A DNA stretch of 51,628 nt from the NCBI GenBank assembly GCA_016186645.1, contig JACPLF010000007.1, positions 192,651 to 244,278 on the forward strand, read 5' to 3'. Positions 36,889-45,542 of this stretch are shown here, in pieces. Numbering within the stretch: position 1 is the stretch's first letter; the number at the start of each line of letters is the position of its first letter. The notes beneath the pieces are model-generated. The model was not told the DNA's origin. It ran no database searches and saw nothing but the letters and a program-made list of their open reading frames with translations. Source of the DNA: Candidatus Levyibacteriota bacterium (GTDB lineage Bacteria > Patescibacteriota > Microgenomatia > Levybacterales > UBA12049). Made by a program: the position numbers and the translations under genes.

Positions 36889-38835
36889 TTAAAATATTTC
36901 TGGCTCGGGTTGCGGAATAGAAAAATTTCCTTGGCCTAAATTAGTTGGGGGAGTTGGATTTTGTTCCTGTTGAGTTGGTTGGGGAACTTTTATTAATGGC
37001 TCTATCGGGTTTGTAGATGGGCCTTGCGCGGGGGCAACGGGCTGATAAGCAGTATTTCTTTCTTCGCGCGCTTTTACGTCAGCAGGATTTGATGTCGCTA
37101 GTTCTTTCTCATATGGAGCGGCAACTACTTTTAAAACGACATGGCTTTGTCCCGCAAAAAACAATCCCTCGCCAACACCTACAGACAAAAGCAATTCTCT
37201 TTCGCCGCGTGATAAATAAAATATCTGAGAGACCGTATCAATTTCAGTTGGGCTTTGTTTTAAAAGTATCTGAATGGAAGAATTTGACAATACTGCTTTG
37301 CCGTAGTCAGTGGATAGAAAATCCTGAACATCTTGAGTTGCAGTTGTCAATGCTAAATAATATTTTCGGGCTCTTTTTGCAATTCCATATACAAAAGACG
37401 CGGAGTCTTCGTATTTCATTAAGTACCATGCCTCATCCAAAATAAGAAGTCTTTTCTTAAGGCTTTTTCTTACCTTAGTCCAAACAAAATCCAAAATAAT
37501 ATGCATTGCAATTGGGCGCAGCTGATCTTCTAAGGCCTTGACAGAAAAAACGGTAAAAGGATTAGCTATGTCAAAATTTGATTGCTGATTGAAAAGTCCT
37601 GACAGACTTCCTTTAATAAATTTTTCCAAACGAAGTGCCAGCTCGCTTGCGTTTTGATCTTCCATTCCCAGCAAAACTTTGTAAAGATCTTCCATAAGGG
37701 GCGGCTGTTTTTTTTGAGTAGACGGATCTGTTGTTATGCCTTTTTGCCTGTATGTTTCAACCAGTGCCCTATCCAAAATTGCATCATGAGCCGCATCGAG
37801 TTCTCCCATTACAATTCGCAAAAGTCCATGAAGGGAAAGTATTTTTAATCCCAATTCGTTTTCTCCCTCAGCATACATTCCCGACAAATCAAAAGGATTA
37901 ATCTTAATTGGAGAGCTGGGTGTAAAAGAAACATATTCCCCTCCGAGAGTTTTTGTTATTGCTCCATACTCTCCTTCGGGATCAATAATTATTACCTCTG
38001 TCCCAAACATAAATTGTCTCATTGCTTCTAATTTAATAAGAAAAGATTTTCCGGACCCTGATTTTCCAAAAACAACTTCATTAGCATTTTCCAAAGAAAA
38101 CCTGTCAAAAATAATTAAAGAGCCATTTTGCTGGTTCAATCCATACATTATTCCCTTGTCTTGGGTAAGGGTTGCGGATGTGAATGGAAAAGTTGATGCC
38201 AAAGAGGTCGTATCCATGTTGCGTGTTATAAAAAGATTGTCGGTTCCCATTGGTATTGTTGATTTAAATCCTTCTTCCATTTGAAGGGTTGAGGTTTTTG
38301 GAAGGATCAAAAGAGATGACAGCGTTGACTCAAGCCTCTTGGAGGATTGCTCTAACTCGGCAAGACTATCCGAGTAAAGAGTTATATAAAGACTCATTTG
38401 AAAGAATCTCTCAATACCTTTTGCAAGTTCCTCTGTTAATCCCTGCGCATCTTCCAAAGCCGCCTGAATTTTCGCATCAACAACAAGACCCTGATCCATT
38501 TGAGATGAAATAGTTGCTTCCATTTCTGCAGTTTTGCGTCTCAAATCGGATAGAACATCCGGAGAATTCGTTGGATAAATAAACATGGAAATATTTAAAG
38601 AATGATTAAAATCAATAACCGGGGACAGCCAGTTTGGAGAAACATATCTTGGATATCCTACAACAAAAAAAGTTTTATAAAATCTTTCTCCGACTCTTAT
38701 GTAGTTAAAATCAACTTCAACTGAAGATGGAGCAATAACATCAGAAAGAGAAACCATACCTTTCTGTATAGCCGTCATGGGAGAGATCTGGTCTCGATTT
38801 GTATTAATTTCCTGACCTTTTTTTTTAGAAAACAT
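36889..38835 (-). CDS. virB4: VirB4/TraC-family T4SS ATPase
   Basis: Walker A GKSGSGKS, IIDPEGEY, INPFDL, Walker B LLILDEAW, KRARKY, TATQDV. Confidence 0.85.
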   Translation of the reverse strand: MFSKKKGQEINTNRDQISPMTAIQKGMVSLSDVIAPSSVEVDFNYIRVGERFYKTFFVVGYPRYVSPNWLSPVIDFNHSLNISMFIYPTNSPDVLSDLRRKTAEMEATISSQMDQGLVVDAKIQAALEDAQGLTEELAKGIERFFQMSLYITLYSDSLAELEQSSKRLESTLSSLLILPKTSTLQMEEGFKSTIPMGTDNLFITRNMDTTSLASTFPFTSATLTQDKGIMYGLNQQNGSLIIFDRFSLENANEVVFGKSGSGKSFLIKLEAMRQFMFGTEVIIIDPEGEYGAITKTLGGEYVSFTPSSPIKINPFDLSGMYAEGENELGLKILSLHGLLRIVMGELDAAHDAILDRALVETYRQKGITTDPSTQKKQPPLMEDLYKVLLGMEDQNASELALRLEKFIKGSLSGLFNQQSNFDIANPFTVFSVKALEDQLRPIAMHIILDFVWTKVRKSLKKRLLILDEAWYLMKYEDSASFVYGIAKRARKYYLALTTATQDVQDFLSTDYGKAVLSNSSIQILLKQSPTEIDTVSQIFYLSRGERELLLSVGVGEGLFFAGQSHVVLKVVAAPYEKELATSNPADVKAREERNTAYQPVAPAQGPSTNPIEPLIKVPQPTQQEQNPTPPTNLGQGNFSIPQPEPEIF

Positions 38836-38836
38836 A

Positions 38837-39472
38837 TTAAATAGTTTGTCTTTTTACAATTGGAAACTTAGAACCTAAAACTGTTTCATTGATTTGCTCG
38901 AAGTCTCCATTGTAAATTTCATGAAATAATTTAACCAATTCTTCTTTCCCTAAGGTTTTTGCAGGCAGATTCATGCGCCTAAGCATGGAATGGAGGCTTT
39001 CTGCTTTGGAAGAAAGTTTGCTTTTCGCAGACGGGAAAAAATTATTACCTCTCATATTTATACCGCCTTCCAGTCCCGAATAGGGAATTGCAATGTAAAA
39101 TTTTTTATCCAAAACAGTATTAACTTTTATTAGCTCCTGAACAAAGTCTTTGTAAAGCTTGATCTGGTTTTTCAAAAGCTGATTCTGGCTTTTTGCGGCC
39201 TCCTCATCAAGCTGTCTTAAATACGATGAGATATCTATTTTTTTGCTGCGTATAAATACCTGAATTGGAAAGGAAAGGGAATTTAATAAAGAAGAATAAG
39301 AAAGAACTTTTACATCTTGCTCCTCTTGAGATAAAAGAGAAAAATTAGTTGCCTGAACTTCGATTACAAGACAGGCATTTCCCCCGGAAAGTAAAACAAT
39401 ATTGTCTATAATGTCATGGATTTCTATAAACTTTTGGGTTGTGGCTTTTGAATTTTTGGCAGCAGTTTTCAT
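38837..39472 (-). CDS. Conserved T4SS-associated protein preceding virB4
   Basis: STQ-like ATTQKFIEI.DI.D, NFSLLSQEEQ, LNSLSFPIQ..IRS, KKFYIAIP; operonic between prgI and virB4. Confidence 0.65.
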   Translation of the reverse strand: MKTAAKNSKATTQKFIEIHDIIDNIVLLSGGNACLVIEVQATNFSLLSQEEQDVKVLSYSSLLNSLSFPIQVFIRSKKIDISSYLRQLDEEAAKSQNQLLKNQIKLYKDFVQELIKVNTVLDKKFYIAIPYSGLEGGINMRGNNFFPSAKSKLSSKAESLHSMLRRMNLPAKTLGKEELVKLFHEIYNGDFEQINETVLGSKFPIVKRQTI

Positions 39473-39473
39473 T

Positions 39474-40508
39474 TTAGTTATTTTGTGAGAAAAGAGACTT
39501 TCTAAGCTCCTCTCTTGCGTCTAAAGATATGGCAACAAGCGGCTGAATTATTTGTCCCGTTGCATTTATTATTCCTTTTTCAAATTTGTTTTGAGATTTA
39601 GGATCTTCAAATTCGATAGTGTAAGCTCCGTTCATCAAGGGGGTTGCAGATGCAAATCTGCCAAACTCATTTGTTTTAAACGCTCTTACCGGACTTCCTT
39701 CTTTATCTTTTACTTCAACTAAAATATTAGCCAAAGCATTTCCCCTGGCGTCTTTTGTTATTCCTGTAATAATATTTGGAGAATCAGGAGCACTTGGCAT
39801 TCCAATTCCTTTGTTAAAACTTTTTATAAACGGCATTCCGGGTTTCATTTCAACTTTTGGTACAGGGACAGTTTGAGCTTGCGCTGAGACAATCGGCTGA
39901 AGGGTGGGCTTTGATGCGGGCATGTCCGTTATTGGCTGGGGCATAGAAACAGGTTTTGTTAAAGGAATATCAATTGCTGGAGAAAGAGCAGCGGGTTTAA
40001 AAGTACTCATGCTGGGGGCAGCTAAAGGGGGATGGGTTGCCAGACTTGCAACAGAAGTTAGAAAATTATCTTCTTTCTCATCGATTTTATTTTTTCTTGA
40101 TGCTTGAGATTCAAGATAGTCTTTTAGCTTATCTTTTTGCCTAAAAGGTAAAGCGTTGCTATTGATATATTGTTTGGCCGGTGGAATGGAGGCTCTGCTG
40201 CTTGGATAATAAAGCTGTACTCCCGACTTTTCATAAAAAAACTGCGTTGGTCTGAGGAGCGCCTTAATATAGCTTCCTATCATTGCGTCCACCGGGCGGC
40301 CTGAAATTAGAAAAAAAGTAAGTCCTATTCCAAAAATTGCAGAAAAAAGGCCCAGAGGGAATTTTATAAAAATACTTATTGGCAATTGCAAAAGAACCCA
40401 TGCCATAATAATTCCAGTTGCCAAATATGCAAATTGCTTAACTGTCATATTTCCAATAAGCTTAAATTGGAATCCTGTAACATCTTGAGGAATAGGGTGA
40501 TTTTCCAT
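39474..40508 (-). CDS. PrgI-family (VirB3-like) protein with C-terminal carboxypeptidase-regulatory-like beta domain
   Basis: HPIPQDVTGFQFKLIGNMTVKQF plus two TM helices (PrgI); Pro-rich linker; ITGITKD..G..L.NILVEVKD...TNEFGRF. Confidence 0.75.
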   Translation of the reverse strand: MENHPIPQDVTGFQFKLIGNMTVKQFAYLATGIIMAWVLLQLPISIFIKFPLGLFSAIFGIGLTFFLISGRPVDAMIGSYIKALLRPTQFFYEKSGVQLYYPSSRASIPPAKQYINSNALPFRQKDKLKDYLESQASRKNKIDEKEDNFLTSVASLATHPPLAAPSMSTFKPAALSPAIDIPLTKPVSMPQPITDMPASKPTLQPIVSAQAQTVPVPKVEMKPGMPFIKSFNKGIGMPSAPDSPNIITGITKDARGNALANILVEVKDKEGSPVRAFKTNEFGRFASATPLMNGAYTIEFEDPKSQNKFEKGIINATGQIIQPLVAISLDAREELRKSLFSQNN

Positions 40509-40523
40509 ATAAAATTAGTCTAT

Positions 40524-40541
40524 AATGTGAAAATTCACATT
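40524..40541. promoter_or_regulatory. Candidate operator in the divergent prgI / M50-peptidase spacer
   Basis: Perfect IR aatgtgaa-aa-ttcacatt. Confidence 0.45.
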
Positions 40542-40610
40542 GCAAGACAATCAAAATATGTCAAAAAAACTGACTTATAGCCTCAACTGTGAAAAGTGGT
40601 ATTATAAGGT

Positions 40611-41297
40611 ATGGTTTATTTTGGATTATTAATTTCTGAGATAGCAATATTATTTTTACTTTCAAGAAAAATGAGCAAAACTCTTTCTAAATTTATATCA
40701 ATTAATTTTTTATCTTTTCTGTTTTTGCCTGGAGTAATTATTCATGAATTGTCCCATTTGTTAATAGCGGCAATTTTATTTGTTCCTGTTGGGAATATGG
40801 AATTTACGCCAAAAAAAAGCGATAACGGAGTAAAACTTGGAAGTGTTGAAATTGCCAAAACAGATCCGATCAGAAGAAGCATAATCGGATTTGCGCCTGT
40901 TTTTGTTGGATTTATGATTGTTGTTGGGATTGTCTATCTTTTTACTGCAAATGTCTTGTTTTTCAAGGATAAAGAAATTTACATTTTTGCAATTGCAGTT
41001 TTGGGACTTATATATTTGCTTTTTGCAATAAGCAATACTATGTTTTCTAGCAGTCGCGATATGGAAGGAACAATAGAAATTCTCATAACGCTTTTGATAA
41101 TTTTTGTCGCAGTCTATATCCTTGGTTTTCGCCCGCAACTTTCTTTTGAAAAAATAATGACAAAAGAAGTAATAGAAGCTGCCAGAAAATCAGCAATTTT
41201 TTTACTTGTTCCGATTCTTATTGATTTGTTTATTTTGGCAGTAATAAAATTATTTACCGGCAGCCGAAGCCGAACCCACCGTCATGACCGAAATTAA
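40611..41297 (+). CDS. Membrane Zn-metalloprotease-like protein (M50-like)
   Basis: PGVIIHELSH (HExxH) within TM segments, LGSVE, IGFAP, SSRD. Confidence 0.7.
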   Translation: MVYFGLLISEIAILFLLSRKMSKTLSKFISINFLSFLFLPGVIIHELSHLLIAAILFVPVGNMEFTPKKSDNGVKLGSVEIAKTDPIRRSIIGFAPVFVGFMIVVGIVYLFTANVLFFKDKEIYIFAIAVLGLIYLLFAISNTMFSSSRDMEGTIEILITLLIIFVAVYILGFRPQLSFEKIMTKEVIEAARKSAIFLLVPILIDLFILAVIKLFTGSRSRTHRHDRN

Positions 41298-41607
41298 TGC
41301 ACTCTACTCCTGTAACCTGAGAGATAACATTTATTAATAGAAAAGAGAACAAAACAATCATGAGTCCTATTATTCCATAAATCACATTGTTCCTTGCTCC
41401 TTCAATTTTTTTAGCATCTCCTTCTGAGTTCATGAGCTTGAAACCTGCCAAGATAAACATTGCCAAAGCTGTAAGTCCTGCGAACAAAAGAAGAGTACTG
41501 ACAATATTTAAAAAAATAACAGGAACGCAGTTTAGGGTTGCAACATCTTTGGCATTGTCAAAATTTTGAACGCAGCCTTTAACAATATCGTTCCAATCTT
41601 TAAACAT
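41254..41607 (-). CDS. VirB2/TrbC-like pilin
   Basis: Two hydrophobic helices linked by GFKLMNSEGDAKKIEGAR, then IIGLMIVLFSF; Cys residues at both ends. Confidence 0.7.
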   Translation of the reverse strand: MFKDWNDIVKGCVQNFDNAKDVATLNCVPVIFLNIVSTLLLFAGLTALAMFILAGFKLMNSEGDAKKIEGARNNVIYGIIGLMIVLFSFLLINVISQVTGVECINFGHDGGFGFGCR

Positions 41608-41653
41608 ATTTAGAGAGTATCAAAGAGGAAGTTAAAAAACAAGATAAGGAACT

Positions 41654-42106
41654 TTATATGGCTCCGGAAGTAATTACTGGAATTTTAAGATCATCAAAGC
41701 TTACTCCAAAAGCTGCAAGAATTATAGAAAGTAAGAAGATTGAAAGAAAAACAACTATAAGCCCGATAATTGCAGCCATTATGTGATTTCTTGCTTCTTC
41801 AACTTGAGTCTTGTCTCCATGGGATGTTATCCATTTTACTCCGCCATAAAGAAGGTAAACAAGCGCAATAACAACTGCCAGCATTACAAAGAAAACAACA
41901 ATATTCTTTATTGTATTGCCGATATTGCCGCCGCCAAGGTCACAAACAACCTTAGCAATATCTTCTGCATTAGAACATGGATTTATGCTGACTTTTCCAG
42001 CTGCAAATGCGGGAAGAGCTAAGAAAGGATAAATAAATAGGCCTTGAATAAAAGCAAATAACTTCTTCACTAAGTTTATGATAAGCATGATTTTGAAGTT
42101 TGTCAA
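41654..42106 (-). CDS. VirB2/TrbC-like pilin
   Basis: Signal-like N-terminus (PAFAA), then GGVKWITSHGDKTQVEEARNHIMAAIIGL. Confidence 0.75.
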   Translation of the reverse strand: MTNFKIMLIINLVKKLFAFIQGLFIYPFLALPAFAAGKVSINPCSNAEDIAKVVCDLGGGNIGNTIKNIVVFFVMLAVVIALVYLLYGGVKWITSHGDKTQVEEARNHIMAAIIGLIVVFLSIFLLSIILAAFGVSFDDLKIPVITSGAI

Positions 42107-42119
42107 GGGGTAAAACGGT

Positions 42120-42899
42120 TTATTTAATCATGTAAGGCAAGTGATGCTTAAATGAATTTTTCAAAGCCCAATCAATTATTTTTTTTGCATTTGGGAATCC
42201 TTTTGAGATTATTTCAGAAAGACTGTTTTTCCGCTCATTATAAAGATATAGAACATTGTCTGCTTCTTTGTAGGAAAAACCAAAATCTCCTTCATCAGTC
42301 TGTCCTATCCACAATCCCGCAGTCGGGGGTAAATCTATTATTGATTGAGGAATGCTTAAATATTTAGCAAGCTCATAAACCTGAGTTTTATACAAATGCT
42401 GTATTGGCTCAAAATCCGATGCCTCATCGCCAAAGCGGGTAAAATATCCAAGAAGTTTTTCTGATTTGTTTTCTGTTCCGCAGACAAGACCGTTATGTTT
42501 TTTAGCAATGTCATAAAGAATTATCATTCTGACTCTTGCCATTATATTTCCGAGACGCACTTGTTCCACCTGGAACAGGTGTAAATTTCTAAAAGAATCA
42601 ACAGCATCTTTGATGGAAATGTTATAGATATTTTTTTGAGGGATATTTGCTTTCTTAAACATTTGTTTAATAAGACCAATTTGGGATTTAAAATAATATA
42701 AATGGGCAACAAAAATATTCTGTGGAGGAATAGATTTTGCAAGAAGAGAGAGACTAACAGCGGAATCTATGCCTCCGGAGACTCCAATGACAACATTTTT
42801 AAAGTTCTGTTTTTGAAGAACAGTTTTGATAAAAGATACGATTTTTTTTGTTTCCGCAGATGGATTTATGTTTAGTAGATTATTGTTAAATTGTTTCAT
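42120..42899 (-). CDS. nadE: NH3-dependent NAD+ synthetase
   Basis: VIGVSGGIDSA, GNIMARVRM, GTENKSE..LGYFTRFGD, LYKTQV, PTAGLWIGQTDE. Start placed at ATG 42899. Confidence 0.92.
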   Translation of the reverse strand: MKQFNNNLLNINPSAETKKIVSFIKTVLQKQNFKNVVIGVSGGIDSAVSLSLLAKSIPPQNIFVAHLYYFKSQIGLIKQMFKKANIPQKNIYNISIKDAVDSFRNLHLFQVEQVRLGNIMARVRMIILYDIAKKHNGLVCGTENKSEKLLGYFTRFGDEASDFEPIQHLYKTQVYELAKYLSIPQSIIDLPPTAGLWIGQTDEGDFGFSYKEADNVLYLYNERKNSLSEIISKGFPNAKKIIDWALKNSFKHHLPYMIK

Positions 42900-42966
42900 T
42901 GTTGTCGCTCGCTTTGCTCGCTCATTGTTGATTTTTAGCAATTTAGCAATATAACAATTGAGCAAT
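42882..42966. repeat. Inverted octamer arrays without cargo (candidate empty site)
   Basis: ATTG-type units attgttaa, attgtttc, attgttgt and attgttga (42882-42931, interrupted by cgctcgctttgctcgctc), then CAAT-type units ttagcaat, ttagcaat, ataacaat, tgagcaat (42935-42966). Confidence 0.7.
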
Positions 42967-42975
42967 GAAAATTAT

Positions 42976-43599
42976 TTACCTGTATAGTTTATTTCGTATT
43001 ATATACTTTTCCACCTTTTTTGGCACTAAATTTGAAATGGATTTTCCTTCTTTTACCATTTTTTTAATTTGTGAGGAAGAGACATCAATAGGTTTAAAAG
43101 ATTTTTTGTTAATAAAAGTTGTATGTTTTTCGTCATTCTGGCTTGTCCAGAATCTCCAAAAAGAAGTGATTCTGGAGTCCTCACTGCGTTCGTCCCCAGA
43201 ATGACTAAATCCTTTTCTTGAAATAATTATTAAGCCAAATTTTCCTATAATTTCCTGCCAACTTTTCCATTTCGTAAAATTTTTTATTTGGTCTTCGCCT
43301 ATAATCCAAACAAAGTGATCTTTTGAATAAAGTTTTTTTAATTCATTTAAGGTGTCTATGGTGTAGCTTATTTTACCTCTTTTTATTTCCAAATCGGAAA
43401 CTTCTATATTTTTCTCTTCCAGGAGTTTTGCCATTGCCAGTCTATGTTTAGCTTGAATTAATTTTTTTGCAAACGGATGAATATTAACCGGCATTAATAT
43501 TACTTTGCGAATCTTTCGTAATTTTAAAACATTTTTTGCAATTGTTAAGTGTCCGTTGTGGCTAGGATCAAAGCTTGCTCCCAAAACAGCAATATTCAT
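42976..43599 (-). CDS. nadD: Nicotinate-nucleotide adenylyltransferase
   Basis: GASFDPSHNGH, HRLAM, SYTIDTL, IIGEDQ, WKSWQEI, VSSSQIK. ATG 43599 overlaps the pilin stop (ATGA). Confidence 0.9.
   Translation of the reverse strand: MNIAVLGASFDPSHNGHLTIAKNVLKLRKIRKVILMPVNIHPFAKKLIQAKHRLAMAKLLEEKNIEVSDLEIKRGKISYTIDTLNELKKLYSKDHFVWIIGEDQIKNFTKWKSWQEIIGKFGLIIISRKGFSHSGDERSEDSRITSFWRFWTSQNDEKHTTFINKKSFKPIDVSSSQIKKMVKEGKSISNLVPKKVEKYIIRNKLYR
43131..43205. repeat. 75-bp REP doublet inserted in frame in nadD
   Basis: CGTC-ATTCTGG-cttgt-CCAGAATC (43131-43154) plus an opposite-orientation unit gtgattctgg...ccagaatgac (43166-43205); encodes SHSGDERSEDSRITSFWRFWTSQND. Confidence 0.75.
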
Positions 43600-43979
43600 A
43601 AACAATCTGAGGCTGGTTGAAGAAGAAGGCAAAGAAAATCGTATCCAAAAAAAGCTCCGATCATATTTATTGCAGTAAAAGACAGGAAGATAACAATCAG
43701 GCCCAGAATTGCATACATTGTTCTCTTTCTGCCGATTTGAAGCTTTTCTTTTTGTCCTTCGGACATGATCATCTCCAATCCGCCTTTTGCTATGAAATAT
43801 AAAGCAACCAAGATGGCGATAACCAAAGTAAGCTCAATAAAAACGCGTATTGCGTCTGTTCCCGTGCCGGAAAGCCCGCCGGTTGGCACACCTTTGGGCA
43901 AGAGAGGCACGGGTGTTAGATTTATCTTTTCAGAATCTATATTAGAAAAACCTGGTATTGATAACGTTAAATATTTCAT
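43596..43979 (-). CDS. VirB2/TrbC-like pilin
   Basis: KGGLEMIMSEGQKEKLQIGRKRTMYAILGLIV between two hydrophobic helices. Confidence 0.7.
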   Translation of the reverse strand: MKYLTLSIPGFSNIDSEKINLTPVPLLPKGVPTGGLSGTGTDAIRVFIELTLVIAILVALYFIAKGGLEMIMSEGQKEKLQIGRKRTMYAILGLIVIFLSFTAINMIGAFFGYDFLCLLLQPASDCL

Positions 43980-44002
43980 TAATTTGAAATTATATTATAT
44001 TA

Positions 44003-44441
44003 ATTGTTAAATTGCTATATTGCTAAATTGTTATTATTTTTTTAACTTTTCATTAGTAAATTTTATCAATTGGTGAATTTCTATAGGTAAATTCTGCAAC
44101 TCTTTTAGTATATGGGCATACTCCTCTGAAGTTAGAAGTTTTCTTACTTTGGATTTTTCATTCCAGTCAAGACTTTCTTTTATAGAGCCGAAACTATAAT
44201 AATAGAACTTTATCTTGTCTTTTTTGCCATATCTTCCAAACCCTTCAGCGATATTCGCAGAGATAGAATCAACAGCTTCAACGAATTGACTACCTACGGT
44301 CTTTTTTGCAAACCAATCCCATTTAATGACTATATCCCACACATAATTAGATAAAGCCAAAGATTTCTTATATGCGCTAGTATCATTGAGTTCCAGATAT
44401 TTCACTAGTTTAACAATTTAATAATTTAACAGTTTAGCAAT
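44003..44441. mobile_element. Putative cassette: four-helix-bundle gene between inverted 4x8-nt arrays
   Basis: Left attgttaa-attgctat-attgctaa-attgttat (44003-44034); right ttaacaat-ttaataat-ttaacagt-ttagcaat (44410-44441). Mobility is inferred, not shown. Confidence 0.5.
44034..44405 (-). CDS. Four helix bundle protein (23S rRNA-IVS-protein-like family)
   Basis: YKKSLALSNYVW...QFVEAVDSISANIAEGFGRY...KFYYYSFGSIKESLDW. Confidence 0.88.
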   Translation of the reverse strand: MKYLELNDTSAYKKSLALSNYVWDIVIKWDWFAKKTVGSQFVEAVDSISANIAEGFGRYGKKDKIKFYYYSFGSIKESLDWNEKSKVRKLLTSEEYAHILKELQNLPIEIHQLIKFTNEKLKK

Positions 44442-45235
44442 TATTTTGAAAAGCCAGGGATTTTCAAAATATCCACTCCGATTATTTGTAATATAACAAA
44501 TGAGAAAATAATAAACAAAAGTCCGACAATTGCCGAAGTTAACGTTTCGGTTGCAGATTTAACCGCTTCCGGATTGCCCTGGGACGCCATAAATTTGTAG
44601 CCTGAAACCATAATTAAAATTAAAGCAATTCCTCCGGCAAGCCCCAAAACCAAAGTAAAAATCGACCGCACAAATCCCTGAGGCTCAGTACTTATTTGTC
44701 CAATCGCAGTATCTACACAGGTGCACTTCCCGTCTATAAAACATCCCTCCGCACAGGGAGGGGAAGGGACAGGGATTTGCTCATCGGAAGAAAGCGCAGC
44801 GTTAACCGCGATAGGGATTTTGCTTACGATATTGTTCTGGTCTGCACAATCAGATAAGGGAGATTCTTTTGAACAGACCTCAAGTGTCCATGTGCCGGGA
44901 TTACTTTTTCCGATAGCTCCTTGAGACAGATTAAGATTAGCTATTATGGTTTGTGAATCTTGAGGATTTTTTCTGTCTACGGCATAGTTCGCAAAAAGTC
45001 CACCGGAAGTTACATCTTGAGGATGTGCAAAAATAGTATATTTTACTGGCGTTTGAAAATTACAATCCGAAGTAGTTATTGTAACATTGCCGTTATAGTC
45101 AGAAGGAAACGAATTGGGATTAGCATTGATTGAGCAAGCGTAAGAAGGTGTGACTAAAAAGAAAAAGACAATTGAAAACGCAAAAAAAATTAAAATATTT
45201 AAACAGGTTTTCCTCACTCTTCCATCGTAGCTCAA
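44441..45235 (-). CDS. Pilin-like protein with an N-terminal extracellular Cys-containing beta domain
   Basis: Signal peptide (PSYAC), beta-rich domain, C-X3-C-X5-C-X-C cluster, then CVDTAIG..TEPQGF and SGYKFMASQGNPEAVKSATETLTSAIVGLLFIIFS. Confidence 0.75.
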   Translation of the reverse strand: MSYDGRVRKTCLNILIFFAFSIVFFFLVTPSYACSINANPNSFPSDYNGNVTITTSDCNFQTPVKYTIFAHPQDVTSGGLFANYAVDRKNPQDSQTIIANLNLSQGAIGKSNPGTWTLEVCSKESPLSDCADQNNIVSKIPIAVNAALSSDEQIPVPSPPCAEGCFIDGKCTCVDTAIGQISTEPQGFVRSIFTLVLGLAGGIALILIMVSGYKFMASQGNPEAVKSATETLTSAIVGLLFIIFSFVILQIIGVDILKIPGFSK

Positions 45236-45261
45236 GTATTAAGAGGAATGCAAGTGTTTAA

Positions 45262-45483
45262 CTGGACGGTAGATGGTGGGGGTAGAATCTTTGAGGATGG
45301 TTAGAATATTTGAAGTGGGAAGTTCTTGACCTTTTTGAAATTGATCGCAGAATTGATGTTTTGAATATTTGAAGACTTGAAATCCCTTGGTCGAGAAATC
45401 AAAGAATCAAAAAATCAACGTCAAAAACTTCTCACTTCCAACTTCAAAGATTCCAACCTCTATTGTCTAATTTTCCCGTCCAG
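45262..45483. repeat. About 220-bp imperfect foldback built from 7-8-nt units
   Basis: Nested IRs: 45262-45269/45476-45483 (perfect 8 bp); 45299-45330/45420-45458 (4 mismatches plus one extra 7-nt unit); 45353-45372/45399-45418 (3 mismatches). Confidence 0.75.
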
Positions 45484-45542
45484 CAAATGTCAGGTTGAAT
45501 TGTCAAGCAGTTCGGCTCCGCTCACTGTAAAATTCTGCCCGT

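Noticed and set aside
40524-40541. Rex or CRP binding site
   Set aside because: Spacing does not fit (TGTGAA-N2-TTCACA versus Rex N4; TGTGA-N4-TCACA versus CRP N6); kept only as an unassigned palindrome.
44034-44405. Four-helix-bundle gene as Avd of a diversity-generating retroelement
   Set aside because: No reverse transcriptase and no TR/VR pair with adenine-specific mismatches was seen in the window.
42882-45483. Short repeat arrays as CRISPR
   Set aside because: Units are 7-9 nt and contiguous, without unique spacers; no cas genes in the window.
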